A stretch of DNA of 64,000 nt, from the NCBI GenBank assembly GCA_027021705.1, contig JALUTT010000005.1, positions 1 through 64,000 on the forward strand. The letters run 5' to 3'. Each line of letters opens with the position of its first letter. The first letter of the stretch is position 1. Source of the DNA: Anaerolineae bacterium (GTDB taxonomy: Bacteria > Chloroflexota > Anaerolineae > S140-20). The position numbers and the translations under genes are program-made. The notes under the pieces were generated by a model, which saw nothing but the letters and a program-made list of their open reading frames with translations, was not told the DNA's origin and did no database searches. Shown one piece after another: positions 1 through 7,905 of the stretch.

Positions 1-1
1 C

Positions 2-126
2 TTGGGCTGGCTGGGCGCTCAGGCAGCCGATTACGACCTCGCCGAACTCGTGGCTGCTTGAAAGCCCTCAAGATGGGGGGACCCTTCGCCTCCCCCTGAA
101 TCTTCCACCAAACTCGGAACAATCAC
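2..126 (+). mobile_element. Probable right end of an insertion sequence: ORF C-terminus (2..61) plus terminal inverted repeat (105..126)
   Basis: The ORF tail LGWLGAQAADYDLAELVAA* ends at 61. The reverse complement of 105..126 (GTGATTGTTCCGAGTTTGGTGG) matches the TIR of the 58750..58909 element at 18/22 positions. Transposase identity is inferred. Confidence 0.5.
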
Positions 127-135
127 TAACGCCCA

Positions 136-747
136 TCACACCCGTCGGCCACCCTTGAGTTCTCCTTGCAGGGCTTCCAGCTCATCCCACTTGCCCTCGG
201 CCGCCAGACGCGCTTGCTCCGGCCAGGTTCCTGGGTCCGCCAGAGCGGTGAGGCCGGCCTCGGCGAGGATCTCCCGCAGCCGCTCGACATCGGTCTCGGC
301 CAACTGGGCAAAAGTCATAATGCCGGCCTCCTGGAGCAGACGGCTGATCTTGGGTCCAATCCCTTCGATGCGCGTCAGATCGTCGGGGGGCTGCGGTGCC
401 GCCTCCACAGCCATGGCCACCTCTTCGGCGGCCGGCGTCGGCGGCGTCGCCTCCACCGCCGGGGCCGCTTCTCCGGCCGCAGGGGCGGAAGCCCCCGCCT
501 CCGTCCGGACCGCTGGAGGCTCCCGTTCCGGCTCCTCCGGCCGCAGCGCTGAGGGTTGGATCGGCGCTTCTTCACGGCGACCGCGCAGCCACCACCAGAC
601 CAGCAAGCCCAGCAGGAGCAAGACGATCAACACCCAAACCCACCGGGGTATCCCCCTTTGCCGCTCCGGGGCCTGGAATGGGCTGGAGAAGGCCGTGAGA
701 AGCAGATTGAGGAAAAGACCAGCAAGGCAGCGGTCTTTGTTGAACAT
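136..747 (-). CDS. Membrane-anchored protein with Pro/Ala/Glu linker and C-terminal helix-hairpin-helix (DUF4332-like) domain
   Basis: ATG at 747 follows GGAGGAGG. TM segment WVWVLIVLLLLGLLVWWW; HhH motif DDLTRIEGIGPKISRLLQEAGIMTFAQLA. Confidence 0.75.
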   Translation of the reverse strand: MFNKDRCLAGLFLNLLLTAFSSPFQAPERQRGIPRWVWVLIVLLLLGLLVWWWLRGRREEAPIQPSALRPEEPEREPPAVRTEAGASAPAAGEAAPAVEATPPTPAAEEVAMAVEAAPQPPDDLTRIEGIGPKISRLLQEAGIMTFAQLAETDVERLREILAEAGLTALADPGTWPEQARLAAEGKWDELEALQGELKGGRRV

Positions 748-904
748 AGCAACTCCTCCTCCGTAGTTCGTGCGATCGGGCCTCCCCTTGTCGTTGCAGG
801 GCGATGGGCTCCCCATCTCCGGCCGCCCGGCCACCGGACGCCCCGGCCCATCGGAGTTATCCGAAGATGTTCTGAAGCTCCATCGCCGGTCCCACAACCA
901 TCCC

Positions 905-2206
905 CTACAGATAGTTCAGCGCTTTTGCCGCCCGCGTCAACTCCTCCCGGAACTTGGGGTGGGCGATGTTGATGAGGGCCTGGGCCCGCTGGCGGATCGT
1001 CTTGCCGTAGAGGTCGGCCACCCCGTACTCGGTGACGACGTAGCGGACGTGGTTGCGGGTGGTGACCACGCCGGCCCCCTCCCGGAGCATAGGCACGATG
1101 CGGCTGATGGTCTCCCCCTTGGCCGTGCTAGGCAGGGCGATGATGGGCACCCCACCTTTGGAGCGGGAGGCCCCGTAGATGAAGTCCAACTGCCCGCCCA
1201 CGCCGCTGTAGAGCTTGGGGCCGATGCTGTCGGCACAGACCTGCCCGGTCAGGTCCACCTCGATGGCCGAGTTGATGGCCACCTGCCGCTCGTTCTGGGC
1301 GATGACGAAGGGGTCGTTGACGTACTCGGTGGGGTGCAACTCGATGAGGGGGTTGTCGTCCACCCACTCGTAGAGGCGATGGGTGCCCAGGATGAAGCCG
1401 GCGATGATCTTGCCCGGATGGAGCGTCTTACGGGCGTTGGTGATGACGCCCGCCTCCACCAGGTCCATCACCCCGTCGGAGAAGAGCTCTGTGTGGACGC
1501 CCAGGTCCTTCTTGTCGTACAGGAAGTGGAGTACGGCATCGGGGATCGCGCCGATCCCCATCTGCATCGTCGCGCCGTCGGGGATCAGCTCGGCGATGTG
1601 CTCGGCGATGCGCCGGTGGAGGTCCGTCAGCCCCCCCTCGGCCATCGGGAGCTCGGCCAGCGGGTAGTTCACGGGGACGATGTAGTCCAGCTTGCTGACG
1701 TGGATGAAGCTGTCGCCCAGGGTGCGGGGCATCTGGTCGTTGACCTCGGCGATGATGATGCGGGCCGACTCGGCCGCCGTCTTGGTCAGCCCCACCTCGA
1801 TGCCGAAGCTGCAGAAGCCGTGCTCGTCGGGAGGCGAGAGGTGCACCAGGGCCACATCCAGGGGGAGAAAGCCCCGCTTGAAGAGGAGGGGGAACTCGGA
1901 GAGGAGGACGGGGGTGAAGTCGGCCCGCCCCTCGTGGACGGCCCGGCGCACGTTGGCGCTGATGAACATCGTGTTGACCCGGAGGTGGCCTTCCATCTCC
2001 GGGGCCACGTAGTCGGCCGGCCCCACCGTCAGCGCCTGGACGATCTCCACGTCGTGGAGTTCCGGAGCCCGCCGGACCAGCGCCCCCAGCACCTGCTGAG
2101 GCACGCTGCAGTTGCCCGTCAGGAAGACCCGCATCCCCGACTGGATGACCTGGGCTGCCTCGTCGGCGGTGACGACCTTCCGCTCGTAGTGCTCAACCCA
2201 CCTCAT
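905..2206 (-). CDS. Acetyl-CoA hydrolase/transferase family (4-hydroxybutyrate CoA-transferase-like)
   Basis: Motifs QMGIGAIPDAV, LGVHTELFSDG (catalytic Glu), SGVGGQLDF and VVTEYGVADLYGK. Confidence 0.92.
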   Translation of the reverse strand: MRWVEHYERKVVTADEAAQVIQSGMRVFLTGNCSVPQQVLGALVRRAPELHDVEIVQALTVGPADYVAPEMEGHLRVNTMFISANVRRAVHEGRADFTPVLLSEFPLLFKRGFLPLDVALVHLSPPDEHGFCSFGIEVGLTKTAAESARIIIAEVNDQMPRTLGDSFIHVSKLDYIVPVNYPLAELPMAEGGLTDLHRRIAEHIAELIPDGATMQMGIGAIPDAVLHFLYDKKDLGVHTELFSDGVMDLVEAGVITNARKTLHPGKIIAGFILGTHRLYEWVDDNPLIELHPTEYVNDPFVIAQNERQVAINSAIEVDLTGQVCADSIGPKLYSGVGGQLDFIYGASRSKGGVPIIALPSTAKGETISRIVPMLREGAGVVTTRNHVRYVVTEYGVADLYGKTIRQRAQALINIAHPKFREELTRAAKALNYL

Positions 2207-3318
2207 CCGTTCGCTCCTTTTGTTGCGTTGATGGCTTCGTAGGCAGCCCGCAGGACCGGGTGAACGATCTCACCGTTGTGGGTGTTCACCCCACGGGCCA
2301 GGGCCGGGTCGGCCTCCAGGGCTTTCTCCAGCCCCAGCTCGGTGATGAGGCGGACGTGGGGCCAGGAGGCGTTGTTCAGAGCGTGGGTGGCGGTCCGCCC
2401 CAGGACGCCGGTCATGTTGGGCACGCAGTAGTGGATGACCCCCTCCTCCTCGAAGGTGGGGTTGGAATGGGTGGTGGGCCGGCTGGTCTCCACGCACCCG
2501 CCCTGGTCAATGGAAATGTCCATGATCACCGAGCGAGGACGCATCGAGCGGACCATCTCCCGGGTGACCAGGATGGGAGCGCGGGCTCCGGGGACCAAGA
2601 CGGCCCCGACCAGCACGTCGGCGAAGCGGACGACCCGCTCGATGTTGAAGGTGTGGGAGACCATCGTCGTCACCCGCCCCTTGAAGAGGGTGTCCAGGTA
2701 CTGGAGCCGTTCCAGGTTTCGGTCCAACACGTGGACGCTGGCTCCCAGCCCCAGGAAGGCGCGGGCGGCGTAGGTGCCCACGGTGCCGCCTCCCAGGATG
2801 ACCACATCGGCCGGCGCGACGCCGGGCACACCGCCCAAGAGGATCCCCTTGCCCCCGTAGTTGTTCTGGAGCAGCGTGCCGGCCACGTGGGGGATCATCC
2901 GGCCCGCCACCTGACTGATGGGGGTGAGGACCGGCAGCCGCCCCTCGTCGTCCTGGATCGTCTCGTAGGCGATGGCGGTGATCCGCTTTTGGAGCAGGGT
3001 CTCGATCTTCTCCCGCCGTCCGGCGGCCAGGTGCAGGAAGCCCATCACGATCTGGCCCTCTCGCATCCATCCGAACTCTTCGACGGTGGGCCGGGCGACC
3101 TTGAGCAGGAGGTCGGCCCGTCCGTAGACCTCCTCGCCGGAGTAGACGATCTGACCGCCGGCCTGCTGGTAGTCGTAGTCCAGAAAGCCGCTGCCTAGCC
3201 CGGCGTTGTGCTCGATGAAGCAGGTGTGGCCGGCCTCGGTGAGGAGCCGGACGCCGGCCGGCGTGAGCCCCACGCGCCACTCCGAATCCCGCCGTTCCCT
3301 GGGGATGCCGATGTTCAT
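2203..3318 (-). CDS. ald: Alanine dehydrogenase family protein
   Basis: MNIGIPRE..EWRVGLTP, FLHLA, GGGTVG Rossmann motif, DISIDQGGCVETS and HYCVPNM. It has KVARP in place of canonical KVKEP. Confidence 0.85.
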   Translation of the reverse strand: MNIGIPRERRDSEWRVGLTPAGVRLLTEAGHTCFIEHNAGLGSGFLDYDYQQAGGQIVYSGEEVYGRADLLLKVARPTVEEFGWMREGQIVMGFLHLAAGRREKIETLLQKRITAIAYETIQDDEGRLPVLTPISQVAGRMIPHVAGTLLQNNYGGKGILLGGVPGVAPADVVILGGGTVGTYAARAFLGLGASVHVLDRNLERLQYLDTLFKGRVTTMVSHTFNIERVVRFADVLVGAVLVPGARAPILVTREMVRSMRPRSVIMDISIDQGGCVETSRPTTHSNPTFEEEGVIHYCVPNMTGVLGRTATHALNNASWPHVRLITELGLEKALEADPALARGVNTHNGEIVHPVLRAAYEAINATKGANG

Positions 3319-3331
3319 CGTGGTTTCCCTC

Positions 3332-3571
3332 CTAGCTGCTTTCTTCCCTTCGCCTCCGGTGCCGGCGCCTCCGGTGCTCGGCGACCTTCAGGCGGGCCAT
3401 CGCCCGGCGCAGGGCGGCCTCGGCCCGGGCGACGTCCACCCGCTCCTGGCGACTGCGCAGTCGGGCCTCCGCCCGCCGGCGAGCGGCCTCTGCTCGGGGC
3501 ACGTCAATCTCCTCCGCCCGTTCCGCCGTGTCGGCCATCACGACGACCTGGTCGGGCCGGACCTCCACGAA
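3332..3571 (-). pseudogene. atpC: 5'-truncated ATP synthase epsilon subunit (C-terminal ~80 aa only)
   Basis: [35 protein letters not shown]...[17 protein letters not shown] matches epsilon. The N-terminal beta-sandwich is missing, there is no clear RBS, and no other atp genes are in the window. Confidence 0.75.
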
Positions 3572-3681
3572 CCGATCATCTGACCGCTGAGCGTTTTCGA
3601 TTATAACGGGGGAGGCCCCGAGGTGGTAGTGACAATCGTCCCCGATTGAGGTCAGGATGTCATAGCCAACCGACGACCGCC

Positions 3682-3709
3682 GACTGAGGACCGAGGACTG
3701 AGGACCAAG
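3682..3709. repeat. Heptamer tandem repeat (GACYGAG)n
   Basis: gactgag-gaccgag-gactgag-gaccaag; the same unit appears in reverse orientation at 58479..58504. Confidence 0.8.
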
Positions 3710-3727
3710 GGACGAGCGATCACCCGA

Positions 3728-5077
3728 CTACCCGACCAAGCGACCACTGATCCGGTTATGCTCCTCGATGATCGGCCCCAGGTCCACCGTCATCAACCGC
3801 CCCTCCTCGACGACGACGCGCCCGTTGATGACGCTCAGGTCCACGGTCTGAGGGGCGCCGAAGACGAGGATGGCCAGGGGATCGTGAAGCCCACCGGCGT
3901 AGGCCAGCCGGTCCAAGTCGAAGGCGATGAAGTCGGCCGCCTTGCCGGGGGCGAGTTGGCCGATGTCGTCGCGGCCCAGGACGGCAGCGCCCCCTCGGGT
4001 CGCCAGTTCCAGAGCCTCCTGGGCGGTCAAGCCGGCCGGGTTGCCCCGGACCCGCTGGAGCAGGAGGGCCTGGCGGGCCTCGGCCAGCATGTGGGAGCTG
4101 TCGTTGCTGGCGCTGCCATCCACCCCCAACCCGACAGGAACGCCGGCGTCCAGGTACTCGCGGACGGGAGCGATGCCGGAAGCGAGCCGCATGTTGCTGC
4201 TGGGACAGTGGGCGACGCCGGTGCCCGTCCGAGCCAGAAGGCCGATCTCCTGGGTGTTGACGTGGACGCCGTGGGCGAACCAAACATCGGGGCCGGTCCA
4301 GCCGAGGGCCTCGGCGTACTCGACGGGGCGGTGACCGAACTGCTCCAGGCAGAAGCGCTCCTCGTCCAACGTCTCGGCCAGGTGGGTGTGCAGCCGGACG
4401 CCGTAGTCGCGGGCTAGGGCTGCCGCCTCCCGCATCAGGTCGGGGGTGACGGAGAAGGGGGAGCAGGGGGCCAGGACGATGCGCACCATCGCGTAGGGCT
4501 CCGGGTCGTGGTAGGTCTCGATAGCCCGCCGCATATCCTGCAGGATGGCGTCCTCGTCCTCCACCACCTCGTCGGGCGGGAGACCGCCCTGGCTCTCCCC
4601 CAGGCTCATCGCTCCCCGGCTGGCGTGGAAGCGGATGCCGATCTCCTGGGCAGCCCGGATCTCATCGTCAATGGTCGCGTCGTTGGGGTAGATGTAGAGA
4701 TGATCGCTGGCCGTCGTGCAGCCGGAGAGGATCAGCTCGGCCAGCCCGACCAGGGCGCTGATGTAGACGGCTCGCCCATCCATCCGAGCCCAGATGGGGT
4801 AGAGAGTCTTCAGCCAATGGAAGAGATCGGCGTCCTGAGCGGCGGGCACCGCCCGGGTCAGCGTCTGGTAGAGATGGTGGTGGGTGTTCACCAGGCCGGG
4901 GAGGACGACTTTGCCTCGGGCCTCGATGACCCGATCGGCGCTGGTGGGCAGTTCCCGGCTGGGCCCCACCGCCTCGATGACGTTGTCCCGCACCAAGAGG
5001 CCGCCGTCGGGAATCCGGCGGCGCTCATCGTCCATCGTGATCAGCAGATCGGCGTGGCGTAGCAGTAGTGTGGGCAT
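3728..5077 (-). CDS. 8-oxoguanine deaminase-like amidohydrolase
   Basis: ATG at 5077 follows GAGGAGG. Motifs NTHHHLYQTLTRA, APCSPFSV, HTHLAE, HCPSSNMRLASG and GLGVDGSASND. Confidence 0.85.
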   Translation of the reverse strand: MPTLLLRHADLLITMDDERRRIPDGGLLVRDNVIEAVGPSRELPTSADRVIEARGKVVLPGLVNTHHHLYQTLTRAVPAAQDADLFHWLKTLYPIWARMDGRAVYISALVGLAELILSGCTTASDHLYIYPNDATIDDEIRAAQEIGIRFHASRGAMSLGESQGGLPPDEVVEDEDAILQDMRRAIETYHDPEPYAMVRIVLAPCSPFSVTPDLMREAAALARDYGVRLHTHLAETLDEERFCLEQFGHRPVEYAEALGWTGPDVWFAHGVHVNTQEIGLLARTGTGVAHCPSSNMRLASGIAPVREYLDAGVPVGLGVDGSASNDSSHMLAEARQALLLQRVRGNPAGLTAQEALELATRGGAAVLGRDDIGQLAPGKAADFIAFDLDRLAYAGGLHDPLAILVFGAPQTVDLSVINGRVVVEEGRLMTVDLGPIIEEHNRISGRLVG

Positions 5078-5109
5078 AGGCCTCCTCGCACTTGTCAAGC
5101 AAACTGTTC

Positions 5110-5206
5110 ACCCTCCCGCAGGTTAGGCGCGTTTCCGACGCGAAACCGTGCTTCAAACAGTCCATCGGGGCTGAAGGCGTCCTCGACCGGTGACCTGCGG
5201 GAGGGT
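5110..5206. repeat. Inverted-repeat element, copy 1
   Basis: ACCCTCCCGCAGGTTA ... TGACCTGCGGGAGGGT, 15/16 complementary. Confidence 0.75.
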
Positions 5207-5222
5207 AGGCTGAGTAGAGTAC

Positions 5223-5251
5223 TTGTCAACTAGGCACAAGATTGGTATAAT
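5223..5251 (+). promoter_or_regulatory. sigma70-type promoter of the tRNA
   Basis: TTGTCA-17 nt-TATAAT with extended -10 TG, ending 12 nt before the tRNA start. Confidence 0.8.
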
Positions 5252-5262
5252 TCTAGGCAACA

Positions 5263-5335
5263 GCCACCCTAGCTCAATCGGCAGAGCAGCCGCTTCGTAA
5301 GCGGCCGGTTATCGGTTCGAGTCCGATGGGTGGCT
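5263..5335 (+). tRNA. tRNA-Thr(CGT), CCA not encoded
   Basis: Acceptor stem GCCACCC/GGGTGGC, D arm TAGCTCAATCGGCAGAGC, anticodon arm GCCGC-TTCGTAA-GCGGC, T loop GGTTCGAGTCC. Confidence 0.95.
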
Positions 5336-5348
5336 CAGGGAAGACGGA

Positions 5349-5382
5349 TGGAGCCCTTCGCTTGCAGAGGGCTCCGTTTTTT
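5349..5382 (+). terminator. Rho-independent terminator after the tRNA
   Basis: GGAGCCCT/AGGGCTCC stem followed by GTTTTTT. Confidence 0.85.
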
Positions 5383-5394
5383 GTTGGCGCGGAT

Positions 5395-5490
5395 CCTCCC
5401 GCAGGTTCCCTCTCCGGCCCAAAGCACACCATCGGCTGCTTTCGATGAGCTACGGCTGTCGCCAAGCACCGCGTGACCTGCGGGAGGGTA
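5395..5490. repeat. Inverted-repeat element, copy 2
   Basis: CCTCCCGCAGGTT ... GACCTGCGGGAGGGTA; same arms as 5110..5206 with a different interior. Confidence 0.75.
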
Positions 5491-5497
5491 ACTTGAA

Positions 5498-7663
5498 TCA
5501 GGGGCGTATGGGAAAGTGCAGCCGGAAGATGGTCCCCTCCCCCACGCGGCTCTCCACCTCCACCGTCCCGCCGTAGTGGTTGATGATGCTCTGCACCATA
5601 AAGAGCCCCAACCCCGTTCCCTTCTTCTTCTTCGTTGTGAAGTAAGGTTCGAAGATGTGGGGCATGATCTCCGGGGCAATCCCGTGACCGGTATCCTCCA
5701 CCTCCAGGACGACGGCTTGGTCCTGAACGCGGGTGCGCAAGATCAGGCTGCCCCCCTGGGGCATCGCATCGGCGGCGTTGTGGATCAGGTTCAGGAGGAT
5801 CTGAACCACCTGGCTAGGCGAGACGTAGACGAGCGGGAGAGGCTCGACCAACTCCAGCCGGCTGTGGATCCCCTGGCTGCTCAGCCGTATCCGGGCGATG
5901 TCAATGAGGTCGTTGCGCAGGATGGCGTTCAGGTCCGTTGGCTGGATGCTGTCCTGGTGGGGTCCGCCGATGCGGGCCAACTCCTCCGCTAGCCGGTCAA
6001 TCCGGTCCATCTGCCGGGAGACCCGGTTGAGCATCTCCTGGACCGGGTGGTTGTCCGGGAGTTCCTCTTGGGTCAGCTCCAAGTAGCCCTTGATGACGGT
6101 AAGAGGGGCCCGGATGTCGTGGGCCAGCCCGGCGGCCAGGAGCCCCGCCGTCGTCAGCTTCTCCGAGCGGATCAACCGCTCCCGCATCTGCCGCTGTTCC
6201 GTGACATCCCGGACCACCCCCTGGACGCCCACCACCTCCCCCTCCTCGACCAGAGGGCCTAGGATGCCGGAGAGGTATCGGACCTGGCGGTCCCGGGTGT
6301 AGATGGCGATCTCCTCCAGTTCGACCGCCTCCCGCAAAGCCCGTTGGAAGAGGGCCTGGACCTGGGGGCGATTCCGGGGCGGGATCATCGGGGTGATCGG
6401 GCGGCCGATGAGCTCTGCCGGCTCGTAGCCCAGCACCCCCCGGGAACGGCTGTTGATGAAGGTGTAACGGCCCTCCCGGTCCACGGTGAAGACCAGGTCG
6501 AAGATCGTCTCCACCAACTCCTGGTAGCGGGTCTCGGAACGCTTCCAGGCGTGGGCGCAGGCGTCCAACACCCGCTCCAGGTTGGCGGCATATTCGGCCA
6601 CCTCGGCCTCCAGTTGCTTTAGTGGGGTGATGTCCCGCAACACGGTGACCAGGGCGATCAGCCGATCCCGCTGTCGGATCGGCGTGATCTGCATGTCGTA
6701 GGTCCTGCCTGTCTCTGCGAAGGTGACGGTGGCTCCGACGAACCCATCGGAGCTCTGGAGGGCCTGCTCCATCGCCTTGATGGCCTCCTCGGGATCGGTC
6801 AGGTGCTCCATCAATTGTCGGATCTGCACCCGCTTCGGCGAGCTATCGGCTCCCTCAGGCAGGTGGAAGAGGCGACGGAAGGCTGCATTGGCGGCCACGA
6901 TTCGGTTCCCATCGTCGAGGACGGCCACACCATCGGGGATGGCCTCGACCACAGTGCTCAGGGAGATGGGGATGACGGAGAAAAGTTGGTAGCGACGAGA
7001 GGCGTAGAAGGTGACCACGACGAAGATGGCGATAGCAGGCCCCATCAGCGAGGGGAAGACTACCCGGTAGAGCGGCAGGATCACCTCACTGGTCGCGCCG
7101 ATGAGGAAGGCCACGAACAGGGCCAAGCTGACGTAGCGGAGTTGGTGGTGCCGAACCTCTCCCGCGCTCGTCCGCCTCCAGGTGGAGAGGGAGAGGATGA
7201 GAGCGAACAGGTAGTAAAGGGCTTCATAGAGGGCGAAGAGCCACCGTCCGCCGGCGGGGACGACGTTGTAGCCGTAGAAAGTGATGCGAGGCTCCAACTG
7301 CAGGCGACCCAGCAGCAGGGCTCCGATAAGCAGGAGCGGAGGCAGGTAGAGGAGCAGGACTACCCGACGCCAACGGGAGATCATCTCTCCCCGCGTCAGG
7401 ACGAGAATCAGGTGCAAAAAGGCCGCAGGCATCAAAAAGAGGGCTACGTTCTGAGGCCATCCCCACAGCAAAGCCACTTCCGGCCAGCGAGAGAGCCAGG
7501 TCATCGCCATGGTCAGGAGGGCAGAGGCGCTGATCAGGACGAACCTCAGAAAGGGATACCCTGTCGTAGTATGGGGACGTTCCAGAGCGATGTAAAGGCC
7601 CAGGGCGGCGACGAGGAGGAAGGAAAGGCCCGGGACCAAGGCATAGGGGTTGTAGAGGTACAT
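5498..7663 (-). CDS. Sensor histidine kinase: 7TM N-terminal domain, two PAS, HisKA, HATPase
   Basis: About 7 hydrophobic helices; H-box LAHDIRAPL, N-box NLIHNAADAM, DTGHGI, FEPYFTTK, GTGLGL. Start placed at the MYLYNP ATG. Confidence 0.88.
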   Translation of the reverse strand: MYLYNPYALVPGLSFLLVAALGLYIALERPHTTTGYPFLRFVLISASALLTMAMTWLSRWPEVALLWGWPQNVALFLMPAAFLHLILVLTRGEMISRWRRVVLLLYLPPLLLIGALLLGRLQLEPRITFYGYNVVPAGGRWLFALYEALYYLFALILSLSTWRRTSAGEVRHHQLRYVSLALFVAFLIGATSEVILPLYRVVFPSLMGPAIAIFVVVTFYASRRYQLFSVIPISLSTVVEAIPDGVAVLDDGNRIVAANAAFRRLFHLPEGADSSPKRVQIRQLMEHLTDPEEAIKAMEQALQSSDGFVGATVTFAETGRTYDMQITPIRQRDRLIALVTVLRDITPLKQLEAEVAEYAANLERVLDACAHAWKRSETRYQELVETIFDLVFTVDREGRYTFINSRSRGVLGYEPAELIGRPITPMIPPRNRPQVQALFQRALREAVELEEIAIYTRDRQVRYLSGILGPLVEEGEVVGVQGVVRDVTEQRQMRERLIRSEKLTTAGLLAAGLAHDIRAPLTVIKGYLELTQEELPDNHPVQEMLNRVSRQMDRIDRLAEELARIGGPHQDSIQPTDLNAILRNDLIDIARIRLSSQGIHSRLELVEPLPLVYVSPSQVVQILLNLIHNAADAMPQGGSLILRTRVQDQAVVLEVEDTGHGIAPEIMPHIFEPYFTTKKKKGTGLGLFMVQSIINHYGGTVEVESRVGEGTIFRLHFPIRP

Positions 7664-7717
7664 CGTGTAGCCTGCCCGCACCTGCAGCTCGCGAACCCGA
7701 CCCGGCAACGCCCTTAT

Positions 7718-7745
7718 ATTGTACTGGAATCCTTGCGCAAGTCAA
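7718..7745 (-). promoter_or_regulatory. Putative sigma70 promoter of the 7TM kinase
   Basis: TTGACT-16 nt-TACAAT on the minus strand. Confidence 0.55.
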
Positions 7746-7752
7746 CCGGTCG

Positions 7753-7890
7753 TGGTGATTACCCATATCTTGAGGATGGGAAGGTGAGCCGTCCACGAGC
7801 GAGGTACGAATACACGGGTTAGGAACCGGTCCGTCCGTGCGTTCGTAGGATTCGTGGACGGCCTGCCACAACACAAACGGTTGATCAAAA
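7753..7890 (+). repeat. MITE/REP-like element (ACGAAT palindrome family), copy A
   Basis: About 110 nt (7753..7862) aligns with the reverse complement of 18778..18887. Internal arms GCCGTCCACGA...TCGTGGACGGC. Confidence 0.75.
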
Positions 7891-7905
7891 CCCGTTCACG
7901 GAGGT

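Noticed and set aside
5078..5206. Known purine, xanthine or guanidine riboswitch upstream of the deaminase
   Set aside because: I could not match the conserved cores of those families; kept only as an unassigned structured element.
5263..5335. tRNA as tRNA-Sec or as an island attachment site
   Set aside because: The anticodon is CGT with a short variable loop. I saw no integrase and no duplicated tRNA 3' end in the window.
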